A stretch of 64,000 nucleotides of DNA from Lama guanicoe (GCA_013239625.1 MU053881.1:15430373-15494372), one strand, 5' to 3'. Numbered from the stretch's first letter, positions 36,321 through 49,560 are shown. Translations and numbers: made by a program. The notes: generated by a model not told the origin, from the letters alone.

Positions 36321-39300
36321 CTGAAATGAGAAGAAAATAGGGGTCATTCCCAAGGAGACAGGCCCTTCACATTCCTGGCCCTCCTCATCTCCATTTGGCC
36401 CCTTGCTCACCCTGGGTTTCAACCAATGCCCGTTTTCTGCTCACCCCACACACTGCACACAGCCCTGCCTCAGGGCCTCTGCACCACCTGTATCCTCTGC
36501 CAGAACCACTTTCCCTCCCTTCTGGTGCTTGTTAATTGAAACTCATCCCTCAGGTCTCAACTCAAGCATCCTTCCTCTAGGAAGCCCTCTCAGACTCCCA
36601 ACCACCTCCCTGCTCAACTCCCCTACTTATATTAAAAATAACTTCATTGTTTAAAAAAAAAGAGTTACATTTACAAAGAAGTATGTCAAAAGTGGCTAAA
36701 TACTAATAACCTGTTGAAGAAAGGGAGATTCCTGAGTCATCCTTACCCTGTCCCCTCCCAGATCTGAAAGCCATTTCCTGCTCACCTTCTGCACAATCTA
36801 GGAAGGTTTGGGTCCTGGGTACCAGCAGGGGATGGGGCCACTGACCGGTGACTCCCTATTGAAGACTCTTTTAGAACTCAGCAAGCTGATCTGCACCAAC
36901 CCTTTATGTCTTCTCCATATATAGGGCAGAGAGCCCTGTGCTAAGGGTCCACTGTGACCCCAGAGTCCACCCTCAAATATGGCTTGCCCAAGAGGGTTTT
37001 TTAATTTTCAAAAGGCTGTGTAGTACAAGTTTAGAATACGAGGACAGTCGGACCTGGGTTCAGATCTATTATCTGTTCCTTTCTGGCTGTGGGATTTTGA
37101 GCAAGTGACTGGTACTCCCCATGCTTTGGTTTTCCCATCTGTAATTTGGAGATAATGTAAAGAGGGTTCTGGGCTAAAAGTGATTCGAAATGATTATTGT
37201 TGTTGTTGTGTGTTGTTGTTGTTGTGTAATTGTTGAGTTCAGCAAGGGCCTGCGCAGACTATCGCAATACTTGCTAAATTTTACTCACATTTACTGAGCC
37301 ACTATTACGCACCAGGAGCAGGGGCCTTTTTATAGGCGGGGAAACTGAGGCGCAGAGGACAGCCACTGCCCTCATCTCTTGGCGGAGGTGGGGCCTGGAA
37401 TCCAGGTCTCTGGACACTTGCTCCTCTACACACATACACATACACAAACACACGCCAGGGCGGTCGTGTCGAGGACACACGACTATTTTTACCGCGGTGG
37501 GCTCAGGGCTGCCCACATCCAGAGCTGGGCGTTTGTCATGGCAACCAATGACGTCATCAGCCCCCGCAGCCAACTGGAGGGGGCCGGAAGCTGCTGGGCG
37601 CAGGATGACAGGGCTGGGAGGGGTTGACAGGGTCTCCAGGCAGGGGAAGAGGAGGATCTACAGGGGGTGGGGCGTCGCCCCGAGACTGGACTCCAGCTAC
37701 TTTGAGTTCAGAAAACCGAGTCAGAGACGTTCAAGGCGGGAGGAGGCTGACCTGCGACCCTGTGGTCTCCTTGTTTGTTTGAATACCTCCGGGGACGGAG
37801 AGCTCAGCATCATTCAGGGCAAGCAGTCATAGACCCAGAAACCACTACCACCACCATTAGGGTCTCCTTTGGTCCTCTCCAATTGTTATGAGATCTTATG
37901 CCAGCTTCCTCCTCCCCCTACTAACCCGCGAAACAGCGAGGAGCTGGGGTCTGAACTCAGGGGTACCTTTTGCACCCACACATCATACACATCATCCCAG
38001 CCATTTCCTTCCAAAGCCCTGACAGTTCTGAGTTCCCAGTCTGACTCCGCCTATCTGGGTTGCGTGATCCCCCTAACCAAACAACTTCACCCCTCTGTGC
38101 CTCAATTTTCTCGTTTGGAAAATGACCCAGTTACACAGGGCCCTGGGAGGAATCAAGTAGCAGGCTCAGGGCCTGGTGCTGGGGGAGGCTTTGATGAATC
38201 GGAGCCAAGCCAATGATTTTGTGAGGTTAATAACCACCAATTTAACCACAATTTTTAATTTATTTCACAAAAAGATGTGAAGTGGCAGAGAGGTGAGGGA
38301 AAGTCAGCAGCCCCCTGCAAAGGCTCAGTGAAAAGCTGGGCTCACATGGAACTCTCCTGGCACCACCCCCGGACCCTCCGCTCCCTGCACCATCTGCTTC
38401 CGCCTTCAGCCCCCTCTTTGCCGGCTGTTCCTCAGGGAGTAGTTTCTGCCTAGAAAGGGGGTGGGGTGGGGGTCCGACCCCCTAGAACCGCCCTTTAAAT
38501 ATAATATTTATGGCATCCTCTTCTGTGCTTGGTTGGGCGTAGTGATGCTGCCTCCTCAGTAGAAGCCTCAGCTCCACTTCAAGGAACCCCCAGTCTGGAG
38601 GAGCAGGGCAGGGCATGGACACCCGCATACTGGAGGCATTGTAGGGGACCCTGAGGAAGAGAAGAAGCTTGAGGGGGTGGGGAGCCAAAAGGCTTCCTGG
38701 AGTGGGGCTTCAGCTTGGGCCAGTGGGCTAGTGGGAAACAGTAGGGTGGAGGTGGAACTCAGCCTGGTGGGCACTAAGCCTCATGGGAAATTGGCAGCTG
38801 GAATGGAGAGAGAAGTCAGCAGGGACCACATGGCACCAGCCAGAGGGCTTCCTGGAGGAGGAGAATAGTTGGAAATGGGCCATGAGGATGCAGGATGGAC
38901 CTTCCAGAGAGCCTCCCCATCAGCAGTAGAGACAAAGTCCTGGCCACTTTCTCTGAACTTGGTTGCTGTGTTTGGGGATCTGGTATTTTAAAATTCTGTC
39001 ATTTGTGAAACAAATGTCCAAGTGCGTGATGATGAAAATAATGATAAAATAATACTGGTAGCAGTTGTAGTAATAACAGCTTATTTTAACTGGCACCTAC
39101 AAATGCTACACAGAAGACTGAGCTTAACCTCAACCAGGAAGGGACAGTCTCCATCACTTCCTCTTACCCAGGGTCAACACAAACTGGTGGCCCACGGGCC
39201 AAGCCAGGTCCTGTTTACAACTTCTAGTACTCAGCCAACCGCAGGCCATGCATACCACAATCAGATTGGTCAGGATAACCCCAGCTATTGTCTCAGCGGG

Positions 39301-41759
39301 CCAATCAGCACCTGACTCAAGTCCCCTAGCTTTCTCAAGCTTTTCTGAGTCCACTCTTTGACCTATGGCAAGGATCAGCTTCCAGGATACCTAATTGGCT
39401 CCGACCAGCAGGCTGCCACCTATTTGGCCAGGGGCGCATTGGGGCTCCAGTTAAAGGAGTATGTGTATGGCTGATGCCCAAACAGAAGCCCTCAGCATCT
39501 TTGCACCCTCATGCGCCAGACCAGTTAGAATTCCAGCTCTCTGACTTTTGGTTGTTACTTTCCCTCTCAGCCTCAGTTTCTCCCTTTGAAAAATGAAGCT
39601 AATAATCTCTTGCGCTGTTAGAGAATTAAAAGGCATGTACAGTGCTTAGCATTTGCCCCTTAATGTGAGCAGTTATTTATACTTCTGCTATTTTTAAAAG
39701 TATTTTCATTGTCTCCTACTTGGTCTTTTACTCTCGGCGTCTCGCTGGCTTCTGGTCCTCTTTCTGGCCCCAACCTGCTCCAGAGGAGTTTTTCAAGTCT
39801 TTCAAAGCCCTCAGATCAGGCACATCCTCTCCTGCTCAAGCATATTCCATAGCTCCCAATCACATTCCATAGCTCCCAATCACCCTACGGAGAAAGTCTA
39901 ACCTCTTCAAAATTGGAGCTGGAAGCCCTGGAAGCAGATGGTCCCCTCTTACACCCCCAGCTCTAGAGCTAAGAAATGGCTTCTAGTTTCCCCATAAACA
40001 CATATGGTTGCCTACCTCTGGGCATTTGCATGTGCTGTGCTCTCATTCATCTGGGCACTCCCTCCTTGTCTCTCTGCCTCCTTGGATGGAAGCCTGCCAG
40101 TGTGGGGTTGGTCTGAAGGGAGAGCCAGACCTGCCTGGGTTCAAATCCTGACTGTCACCTATGCACTAACATCTGGACAGTGGCTATGAGTCTATGAGCC
40201 TCAGTTTCCCCTTTTGTAACATGGGACTTGTTATCAGGGAATGGGTGCCTTCTCCCCATGAAACAGGCCCCCACTTTCTGACGTCAGCTGCACCCCCATT
40301 CGCCTACCCGAAGGCAGTTTCTCTATTTTAAGAGGCCGCGGGCGGGGCTGGAGTCTATCTGGGGCTCCGGGAGGGGCCAGTTTCCCCACAACACCCCACG
40401 GCTCAACAGTCCTGCTGCAGCCCTCCTCTATGTGCAGGCTCCCTACTCCTGCCTTTGGCGTCAGCCCCTCCCCTTCTGCCCTCTGGCCCCACTGCAAGCC
40501 CTGGTGGGTCTCTGCCTTGCAGCTCTACCTGCACCCTCCCTGACCCCCAACCCAAACACACAGGGCTCCCTTCACCTTTGGACAACTTCCCAGTTCTGCA
40601 GCCCAGGTTCAAGGCTGGCCTTCCCCAACACCCCTGCCAGCCTAGCCCACCTCCCCACCCTTATTCTTTCTAGGTTCTAGCTTTCCTCAGCCTCTTTCAT
40701 TTCCCCAAACATCTACCCTCTGCCCTGCCATCCACGGCTGCCTCCTCTGTCTCAAAGCCACCCAGCAACCCTTGGTTCAGGTGCCTTCTCCAGGGATGCT
40801 TGAACGCGCCCCATTGCCGCTGACCACTCTGCAGGGTCACTCCTGCTCAGGCGTTAGTTCCCCGCAACAGACTAGGGAATCCAGGAGGGTTCCAGAGAGT
40901 GAACCCCCCCCAAACCCACTTCCTCAGAGTAGGACACACAGCAGGCAATAAATGTTTGTTGGGTAAATGGTGAATCCCAGGTTCCCTCCATTTGCAACTG
41001 GTGGCTTCTTAAGGGTGTGGTCTAAGCCCCAGAGGGAAACAGCTAGATTGTCTGAATTCCCGTTGCACAGATGGGGAAACTGAGGCCCAGAGAGATCAAA
41101 GGAGTTACCACCTGGGATCACATGGGTTCGAATATTAGCCTCTGCTAACCCTCACACCTATGTTCTTCTCTCCTGGTGGCACTGCCTCCACACAAACCCA
41201 GAGCCAGAGGACAAAAAAGTGCCCTCATAGTGAATGGGGAAACTGAGGTCCCGAGAAGGAAGAGAGCCTCCCACCATCCCACCCCCAAGCCCCACAACCA
41301 GTTGGTAGTGGTTTGTGCACCAGAAAGCTGGTTAAGGGAGGTGAACTGAATCCCTGCTGGACGACCTCGGGTTAGCGACTTTTCTCCAAACTGGAGCTTC
41401 AGTTTCCTTATTTGATGAATGGGCGCCTGGACAGCTCCAACCTCCCTAGCTTGCCTTAGGGGCGAGTTGAGGCAGGGGTGTCGGGCGCTGCGAAGGCACT
41501 AGGCAGGTATTAATGCCCATTAATTAGTATTAATATATCACTAGTAAAAGGATTAATGCACCATATCACTAGCAAAAGGATTAATATAACAATGAACATA
41601 TAGTGTGCGTTCAAAGGCTGTTGTTGCTCATATTAGAGCTGCTGGTGGAGAGGGCAAAACCCTCAGCCTCCTCCCACGCTAGCGCTTACAGCCTCAGTTT
41701 CTCCATATGTCTAACGGGCATACCCTCTTCCCACCAGGCGAAAAGCACTTTGAGAAGCC

Positions 41760-42100
41760 AGTGGACAAGAGGGAGACTCCGGAGCGCTCCCGGTCCTTCG
41801 CCTCAGTTTCCCTTGGCTCACTAAAGCACCGCCCCAGGCACCCAGGCCAGGTCCATCCCGCCCGTGCCCTTCGCCCTCCCGCGAAGGACCCTCACCTGGA
41901 GCCCACGGCGCCGCAGGAGGCTCGGCTCGTCCATGGCCCGCTAGTCCTCGCCACCGGCCCGCCCCCGGCCCCGCCTCAGCCTGCCAGGCCCCGCCACCCC
42001 ACCCCCCTGGCCCAGCCGGTACGAAGCCCGTCTCGACGGGCCCGCCCCCTTTGGGCGAGCCTGCCCCGCCCTTCCAGGCCCCGCCCCACCCTGGAGCCTA
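41760..42100. promoter_or_regulatory. CpG island, distal MAST3 promoter A
   Basis: CpG-rich with several GC boxes (CCCGCCCC). Confidence 0.75.
41896..41934 (-). CDS. MAST3: MAST3 exon 1 coding part (MDEPSLLRRRGLQ)
   Basis: Strong Kozak GCCATGG; CAG|GTGAGG donor; matches the canonical MAST3 N-terminus. Confidence 0.92.
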
Positions 42101-42209
42101 GAAGTAAACATTTTTCAGTGACTCTTCCAAGAAGCAAGGGAAAGTTATCACCCCCATTTTGCAAATGAAGAAACTGAGGCTCAGAGAAGTTAATGTGCCC
42201 CCGATACAC

Positions 42210-42425
42210 AACAAGGGTGAGGCCAGTGAGGCACTCACCTCCATGCAAAATTAAAGAAGGGTCCACAAAAAAATCAGTAATCAAGGTACATAATATTTTA
42301 ATACAATAGTTTAAAGAGTCAAAACTAATGCAAAAATGAGTGATGAACTATACATCAACATTTTAAGCAAAGACAGGATCAGACTCTGCCCTTGCACTAC
42401 CCTGCCTCCCACTAATCCTGGCCCT
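42210..42425. mobile_element. hAT-class MITE (MER81/MER96-like), degenerate
   Basis: agggtgaggccagtgaggcactcacc...aaaatcagtaatcaag; same family as 50500-50736. Confidence 0.6.
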
Positions 42426-42869
42426 TGTTTCAATAAAACTTTATTTGCAAGAATAGACAGCCACTTAAATTATCAGTTTCTTTTACGACGATGGCTCCTT
42501 TTGCTGAGTGCCAACTGGGCACCCAGCTTAGTGCCTCATGAGGACTTCCTTTCACAGGTATCTGATGATAATTGTTCAGCTTGACTTTGCAGAAGGGAAA
42601 CGAAGGCTGGGAAAAGCCCAAAGTACCAAGATGGCACCCACATTCTCAGTTTCACTAGGACCCCACTGTCTGTGCTGTTGCAAGTTCCTTGGGTTACCCC
42701 ACTGTTCGACCTGAGCATGCACGTTCTCAGGTTGGAGGGGACCCTAAGTAGGGTCTCCTGCTAATCGCTGAAAAAGTACTGAAGGATCCTAGCAAGTTAT
42801 TATGGTGGCCAGATTGAGCACACAAAAATACAGGGCTCCAAGGCAAAATTTGTTTTAATCATATACATT

Positions 42870-43462
42870 TTGAAATTGATGTGTAATTCACCTACCATAA
42901 AATGCACCTTTTTAGTATATACAATTCTGTGGCTTTTAAGCATATTCACAGAGTTGTGCAATCATCACTATTATCTAGTTCCAGAACACTTTCATCACCC
43001 CTAAAAGAAAGCCTGGACTGATGAACAGCCACTCCCCATTCTCCCTCCCCAGCCCCTGGTAACCACTAATCTGCCTTCTGTCTCTATGGACTTGACTGTT
43101 TTGGACATTTCACATCAGTGGAATCATACAAAATGTAGTCTTTTATGTCTGGTTTCATCATACAGCATGATGTTTTCAAGATTTATCCACTTTACAGCAA
43201 ATGCCACTAGTTCATTCCTTTTTATGGCTGAATAATATTTCATTGCATTGATAGACATTCATCCATTAATGGACATTTGTGTTTTTCCACTTTTTGGCTA
43301 TTGCGAATAGTGCTGCTGTGAACATTCATGTACAAGTTTTTGTGTGGACTATACTCTCAAGTCTCTTGGGTATATACCTATGAGTGGAATTCCTGAGTCC
43401 TATTATAACTCTTCGTTTTAATTTAAAAAAAAACGAATACACTGCTTTCCAAAGCAGCCACT
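42870..43462 (-). mobile_element. Old LINE-1 (L1M) 3' region
   Basis: catattcacagagttgtgcaatcatcac...ctgtctctatggacttg...ttggctattgcgaatagtgctgct. Confidence 0.8.
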
Positions 43463-43847
43463 GTTATGGGCCGAATTGTGTTCTCTCAAAATTCGTAAAT
43501 TGAAATCCTCACCCTCAGGACTTCAGAATGTGATTGTTTTTGGATTTCAGGCCTTTGAAGAAGTATTAAAGTAAAACGAGATTTTATGGGTGGATCCTAA
43601 TCCAATATGACTGATGTCATTCTAAGAAGAGGAGATTAGTATGCACACATGTAGGAGGGAGGATCACAGACGGACACAAAGAGAAGTGCCATCTTCAAGA
43701 TGTGGAGAGAGATGCTGGAAGAAAGCAAACCCGCTGACACCTTGCTCTTCGACTTCTAGCCTCCAGAACTATAAGGAAATAAATTTCTGTTGTTGAAACT
43801 GCTCATTCTGTGATACTTTGTTATGGCAGCCCTACCAAACTAATACA
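43462..43847. mobile_element. MaLR LTR (MLT1-like)
   Basis: tgttatgggccgaattgtgtt...aataaatttctgttgttgaa...ttgttatggcagccctaccaaactaataca. Confidence 0.78.
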
Positions 43848-46441
43848 GACACTTGGTTAAATTTAACTTCAGGTAAACAGTGAATACCGTTTCAGTATAT
43901 ATCCTGCCCAATAAATGGGAAAAAGATATGCTAAAAAGCTATGTGTAATTTATCTGAAATTCTAATTCAACTGGGCGTCCTGTGTTTTATCTCACAACTT
44001 TACACTAAGTGGACTTCAATTGGAGCTTGCATTCCCCAGGGGATGGTAAGCTCACACCTTAAAATGGCCAACTTTCTGTCTCTGGCTAGTCCTGCCTAAG
44101 TATTCTACTGTAGTCCAGGCTGGGGTGGACATGTGACCTAGAGTCTTTCATCCATTTCAGCCACGGGGACTGGTTCAAGATGGAGCTGTGACTCAAGCTC
44201 AGCCAATCAGAGTCTTCCCTGGGACTTTGGCAGGAACCGTGGGGAAAGAGAGTTTTCCTGTACCAGAGGTGGTTGGGAGATGTTGGAGGGAGAACCACCA
44301 GAGAGAGCTCTAATGCCTATGATCCAACTGGAGAACTCCTACACTGAACTCCTTCCCCAAAGACCTCTTCAATGGGCAATGGGGAGCATTTATTGACTGA
44401 ATAAATGAATGAATGAATGCAATTTTCCCATGATGAACATCTATCCTTCAAAATTTTCTTTAAGAAGCATCAGAGAACATTCACTGAATGAACAAATAGA
44501 TTTTTCTTTTCTTGTGAACTTCTACACATCCATGAAAACCCTCCTCAAATGTCTCTATGAGGGACATCAGGGAGTGTGATTGTTGCATGAATAAATGAAT
44601 TCTTTTCTTGGTAACCTATGTATTCTTTTTTAAACTGAATTGTAATTGGCCAACAACACTATTTAGTCCAGGTGCACAATATATCGATTCAATATTTCTA
44701 TACCTTAAATGATCACCATTATATATTCTTTAAAATATCCTCAAATCATCCTCTGAAGGCATAAGAAAGTCCTGGTTGAGTGAATGAAAAATGATCTTGT
44801 TAGTTAATGATGCCTATAAATGTATTTGTTAAATGAACCAATGGATTTTTCTCCTTGCCAACTCCTACTCATCCTTCAAAATCTTCCTTAGATGCCCCTC
44901 ATGGGCATCAGGGTCTCTTGACCACTTGGAGGGATACTCAACCCTTCTTGGGCTGAAGGTCGCTCCCCACCCCTTCACAGAAGGTGGAAGCTGAGGGAGT
45001 GGGGAAGTTCTGTGGTTTCTCTGTTACCATTTCCTGGGGAGGGGGGCCTATAACCCTATCCTTCCTGCCTCCCCTTCCCCCCAGTTTGTGAGGCATCTGA
45101 AAGTGGGACAGCCCTGGGGACATATCCCAGCTGTGTTTCTGCGGCAGCTGAGAGGACTTCTTGGAGTAGGCAGCAGGCAGGCCAAGAGAGATTTGACAGA
45201 AGGTGGGCTGTGGTAAACATCAGGGTGAGCCTCGGGCTATGACCTCAGTAAGATTTGCACCACCACCTCACATCTGGCTAGAATCCTGCTCATGCACCTG
45301 CCATGGCTCCCCAGTGCCCTCGGGAAAAAGTCCAGCCCTTCAGCCCAGCACTGAAGGCCCTGGTCCACCCCACTATCTTTATCTCTCCCATGGAGCCCCG
45401 GACTCACCATGTTCATCACCGAAGCATGTCCACTGAACTTTTGCCTCTGCTGTGACCTCTGCCAGGAATGCCTTTAAATTCTACAAAGCCAGTTCAAGAA
45501 AGCCAGCTCAAAGGCTTCTCTGGGCAGCCTTCTCTGGTCCCCCTCAGAGCCCCTCTAGTTTCTGTCTCCCTCCTTGCCACCAGCCCCTGACCCCAAAGAG
45601 CAGGGAGCATCTGGTCAGCTCTGCCCCACCGTCCTTGATATTTTTCCAGTGGCTGCTCTAACTTTGAAGGGACGGGGAAGAGGTGTGACAAAGCAGAGGC
45701 CACTAGCAACACCAAAACAGTGACTAATTGTACTGGCTGCCTGATGGGCATAATCCATCTTATCCTCACTACAGCCCATTTTGCAGATGGGGAAGCTGAG
45801 GCCTGGGAGGGCCAACTTTGATGGAGGTGGAAATTTGGAGGAAGCCTGGGGGCATGGCCCTTACTCCCAAAGGTGCAAAGTTCAGCCCCACTGTGAGAAG
45901 CTCTGTCTCAGGGTTTGAATCCACATCTTCACCCCTGCCCTGGGCCCTGAGTGGTCTGGGTGTTCCTGGGGTCAGTTTCTGTATCTGTAAAATGGGGCAC
46001 CTAGGGTAAGGGGTCTCAGGATCATCGCGATGCGGCAGGTCATAGGTTTGCACATCTCCAACAATCGCTTCCATCTTTCTTTGTTTCTCTTCTTTTTTGT
46101 GTCTCTGCCTCTCTCTGTCTCTGCTCCTCCCCCAGCCTCAAACCCACACCACCCCTTGGCCTGGCCTAGGCCCTGCTGCTGGTGAAGGCTGCTCTGTGCA
46201 AGGTCACAGGGTCCCTGTCCCCACTGTGCCAGGCCTGGAACACTGCCTCTTTGTTCTCGTGGCTCTGACTTCATGGCCTGCTGGGCGCCTGACCCTGGCC
46301 AGCCTGGCTGCCCCTGAGGACCAGCTCTCAGAGGAGGGACTTCCTCCCCCTGCCCTGTCCCCCACATTGGTCAGTTTCCTCAGATGCTTTTCCTCAGGAG
46401 ACATACTTACCCTGCTTCTTGTCTACCTGGGCTCTGTGAAC

Positions 46442-46785
46442 ATTTTTTTTTTTAGGTGAAAATCACATAACACAAAATTAACCATTTAAAAGTAGGCATT
46501 CAGTGGCATTTAGAACATTTAGTATGTAGTACAACCATCACCTCTCTCTAGTTCCAGAGCATTTTCATCACCCTCAAAAGGCAACCATAGCCCCATAAGC
46601 CGTCACTCCCCATCCCACTCCCTCAGGCCCTGGCAACCGCTAATCTACCTTCTGTCTCTATGGATTGGCCTGGTCCGGTCATTTCATATACTTGGAATCA
46701 TAGAACATGGGGGCTGCTGTGTCTGGCTTCTTCCACTCAGCCTGACGTTTCTGGGGTCCGTCCACTCTGTAGCATGTCTCAGATC
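46442..46785 (-). mobile_element. Old LINE-1 (L1M) 3' fragment
   Basis: Same motif set as 42870-43462. Confidence 0.75.
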
Positions 46786-47295
46786 TTCTCCATGGACATT
46801 TTGGGGCTTTGTTGACAGTGGGGAGAGAGGATCAGAAAATGAGACCCTCCCATCTACCCACCCACCTCTGAGAAACAGACACAGAGAAAAAACTCAGTTG
46901 GGTCCAAAGGAAGCAGCGAAATACATTCCTCAGGAGCTGGGACCCAGGGTGCCCTCGGGCTGAAGTTTGGGAAATGGGGAGGTGGACATTTTGGGAGGAA
47001 CCCAGTATACAGCAAGCACTTCACAATGGTCTGTTGCAAGAGTGAACTCAGACGTTCAAAGACCCTGGCCTCCCATGCAGCTCCTGAGTCTCAGAAGTGG
47101 GTCATAAAAGATTGAGACCTGGCCAACAGCACAGAGCCCCAAGCCACTCATGGGGCTCGCACTCAGTGTCCCATTTGGATCTGGGGCCAGCAGAGCAGGA
47201 CCCGCCCCCACCCCACCCAGGCCCGGAGCTCAGGGTCCCACTGGCCCCCCGGGTGGATTTGCAGCCTGGATGAGGCCACCACCACCACCAAGCTG

Positions 47296-47320
47296 ACTTC
47301 CTGGGTTTCTCTTTCACTTT
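47296..47320. promoter_or_regulatory. IL12RB1 promoter ETS and ISRE/IRF element
   Basis: ACTTCC followed by TTTCTCTTTCACTTT (AAAGTGAAAGAGAAA on -), about 140 bp upstream of the ATG. Confidence 0.75.
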
Positions 47321-47461
47321 GACTTGCACTGGGAGGGGCGATGACGCCTAACTCTTTTTTTTTTTCTTTAATCTTTTTAGTCTTCTTTCTTGCTCAGCTT
47401 CAACGTGTTCCTGGGTGAGGACGGGGTGGCTGGGGCCTCGCCGGCAGCACAGAAGCTCTGC

Positions 47462-47531
47462 ATGGACCCAGTGGGGCAACAAGTAGCCAGACTGATCCCC
47501 CTCCTTTTCCTCCTGCTCCCCAGGCAGGGTG
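47462..47531 (+). CDS. IL12RB1: IL12RB1 exon 1 (signal peptide)
   Basis: MDPVGQQVARLIPLLFLLLPRQG; G|GTGAGT donor. Confidence 0.88.
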
Positions 47532-47578
47532 GTGAGTCCTCTATCCTGGCACTGCAGCTCTTCTTGCTGGGGAGGGGG

Positions 47579-47579
<1 letters not shown>

Positions 47580-47612
<33 letters not shown>
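47580..47612. repeat. (TG)n microsatellite about 50 bp into IL12RB1 intron 1
   Basis: Directly visible. Confidence 0.95.
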
Positions 47613-47614
<2 letters not shown>

Positions 47615-48134
47615 GGCTGTGGACCCCAGTTCCAGGGTTGGTTCCGTATCTCTGTACCTCACTCTTGCCCTCTGTCAAATGTGAGATCTGTAATCATAGG
47701 GATCAGATTTGGGCATCTCCCCTCTGGTCTTGATTTTGTCTTTCATGGAGTGGGCTGAACCTTTGAATCTTTCCCACTTCCAGAGTTCAATGAGAAATAG
47801 CAAAGGAAGGGATAAGGAGCAAGTGTATACATATTAGATACACACAATATAGTATTATGTATCTAGCTTATGTAATATATATGCTCTCTCTCCATCTTGT
47901 GGACTGGAATGGGAAGGGGCCCTGTCCCCTGAGAATAACTGGCTTTGGACCCTAATCCCAGCTCTGCTGTTGCATGATCTTGGGCAACTTCATTGCTTCT
48001 CTGTGCCTGTTTCCCTCTCTATAAACTGGGGATCAGCAAGGTTTCAGGGTTTTCAGAGGTCAGCTAGAGCTGGAGACCAGTGAAGGGGAGGGAGAAAGAG
48101 GATTTCAGGTTGCTTTAGAGGAGCAGCCTGAGAA

Positions 48135-48432
48135 GTGGATAGATGAGTGAATGAGTGGGTGGATGGATATGTGGGTGGATGAATGAATGGAAAGGTGGTT
48201 GGATGGGTGGATGGATGGGTGGGTGGGTGGATGAATGAAAGGATGAATGGATAGTTGAGGGGATGGGTAAATGGATGGATGGATGATGGGTGGGTGGGTG
48301 AGTGGAAAGGTGGATGGATGGATTGTTGGAAGGACTGGGTAGATGCACGCATACATGCATGAATAGAAGTGTGGATGGATGAATGGACGGGTGAGTGGGT
48401 ACCTAGATGGGAAAGTGGGCTGGTACATGGAT
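48135..48432. repeat. Degenerate (TGGA/TGAA/TGGG)n tetranucleotide repeat
   Basis: Directly visible. Confidence 0.9.
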
Positions 48433-48505
48433 GGTCACTGGGCAAGCGCCTCTCCCCATGCAGTGAAAGGCCAGGAATGTCATTATCTTTTCATTGTCTT
48501 TGCAG

Positions 48506-48568
48506 CTGAAGCTTGCAGTACCAGTGGGTGCTGTTTTCAGGACCCGCCATATCCAGATGCAGACTCAG
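48506..48568 (+). CDS. IL12RB1: IL12RB1 exon 2
   Basis: [21 protein letters not shown]. Confidence 0.92.
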
Positions 48569-49442
48569 GTCTGGGGCAGTTCCCCATCATGGGAGGGAGG
48601 CATTGTGCTGGGCTCTGACTGACCCATCCCTTGCAGCCCCTTCCTCAGCTCCCTGCCCAGTCAAAGACTCAGTTCAGCCACCTGGGGACTTGGGAGCCCC
48701 AACGTGACAGTTTGATCGCTTGTCCTCACCAAATTCAGATCTGTATAAGCCTTGTCTCCTCCCTCAGAGGGTCACAGGACTGGTGTCTGCATCTGGGCGA
48801 GCATTTCATCCATTCTTTTGTTCAAGAAATATTTACCAAGTGCTTACTAGGTGCAGACACAGTTCTAGACATGAAGGAATCAGCTACGAGCTGGACTGTC
48901 CTCCTGGGGTCCCAGTCTAGTACAAGAGGTGGACAACAGGCAAACAAATGCATATAGTGCGTACAGTGGTGTGCTATGACAAAACAGAGCAGCATGCGAG
49001 GGAAGGGGCTAGTTCAGGTTGGCTAGTGGTTGAGGAGATGATACTAAAGGAGAAACAGGAATGTCAAGATATGGGGAAAAAACAAAAAAGAAAGAATGAA
49101 AGAAAGAGAGAGAGAGAGCGAAAGCAAGAAAGCAAGCAAGAAAGAAAGATCTGGGGGAAGGGTGTTCCGGGCAGAGCACATGCAAAGGCCCTGAGGTAAG
49201 AGTGAGACTGGTGTGGCTGAGGACCCGTGAGGAGCCTGGTATGGCTGGAGCAGGAGGAGCAGGGATGGAAACAGGAGACAAACGAGAAGGACACAGGAAG
49301 GTGCTGGAAGCCACAGCTTGTTTAAGCTGAGGTGACACCAGATTATATAAATGTTACAAAGATTCCTCCCCAGAGTGTGTCTGTGTTGGGGAGCCCCAAA
49401 CCCAACTCTACTCTGTTCTCAAACCTCCAGGATTTTCTCCAG

Positions 49443-49560
49443 GCTCAGCTTCAGGCCCCAGGGACCTGACCTGCTACCGGACATTCAGCAGCGCTGGTTA
49501 TGAATGCTCCTGGGAGTATGAGGGCCCCACAGCTGGGGTCAGCCATTTCCTGAGGTGCTG
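49443..49560 (+). CDS. IL12RB1: IL12RB1 exon 3
   Basis: [40 protein letters not shown]. Confidence 0.93.

Noticed and set aside
48053..48445. His/Pro/Ser-rich minus-strand ORFs
   Set aside because: Translation of the (TGGA)n simple repeat
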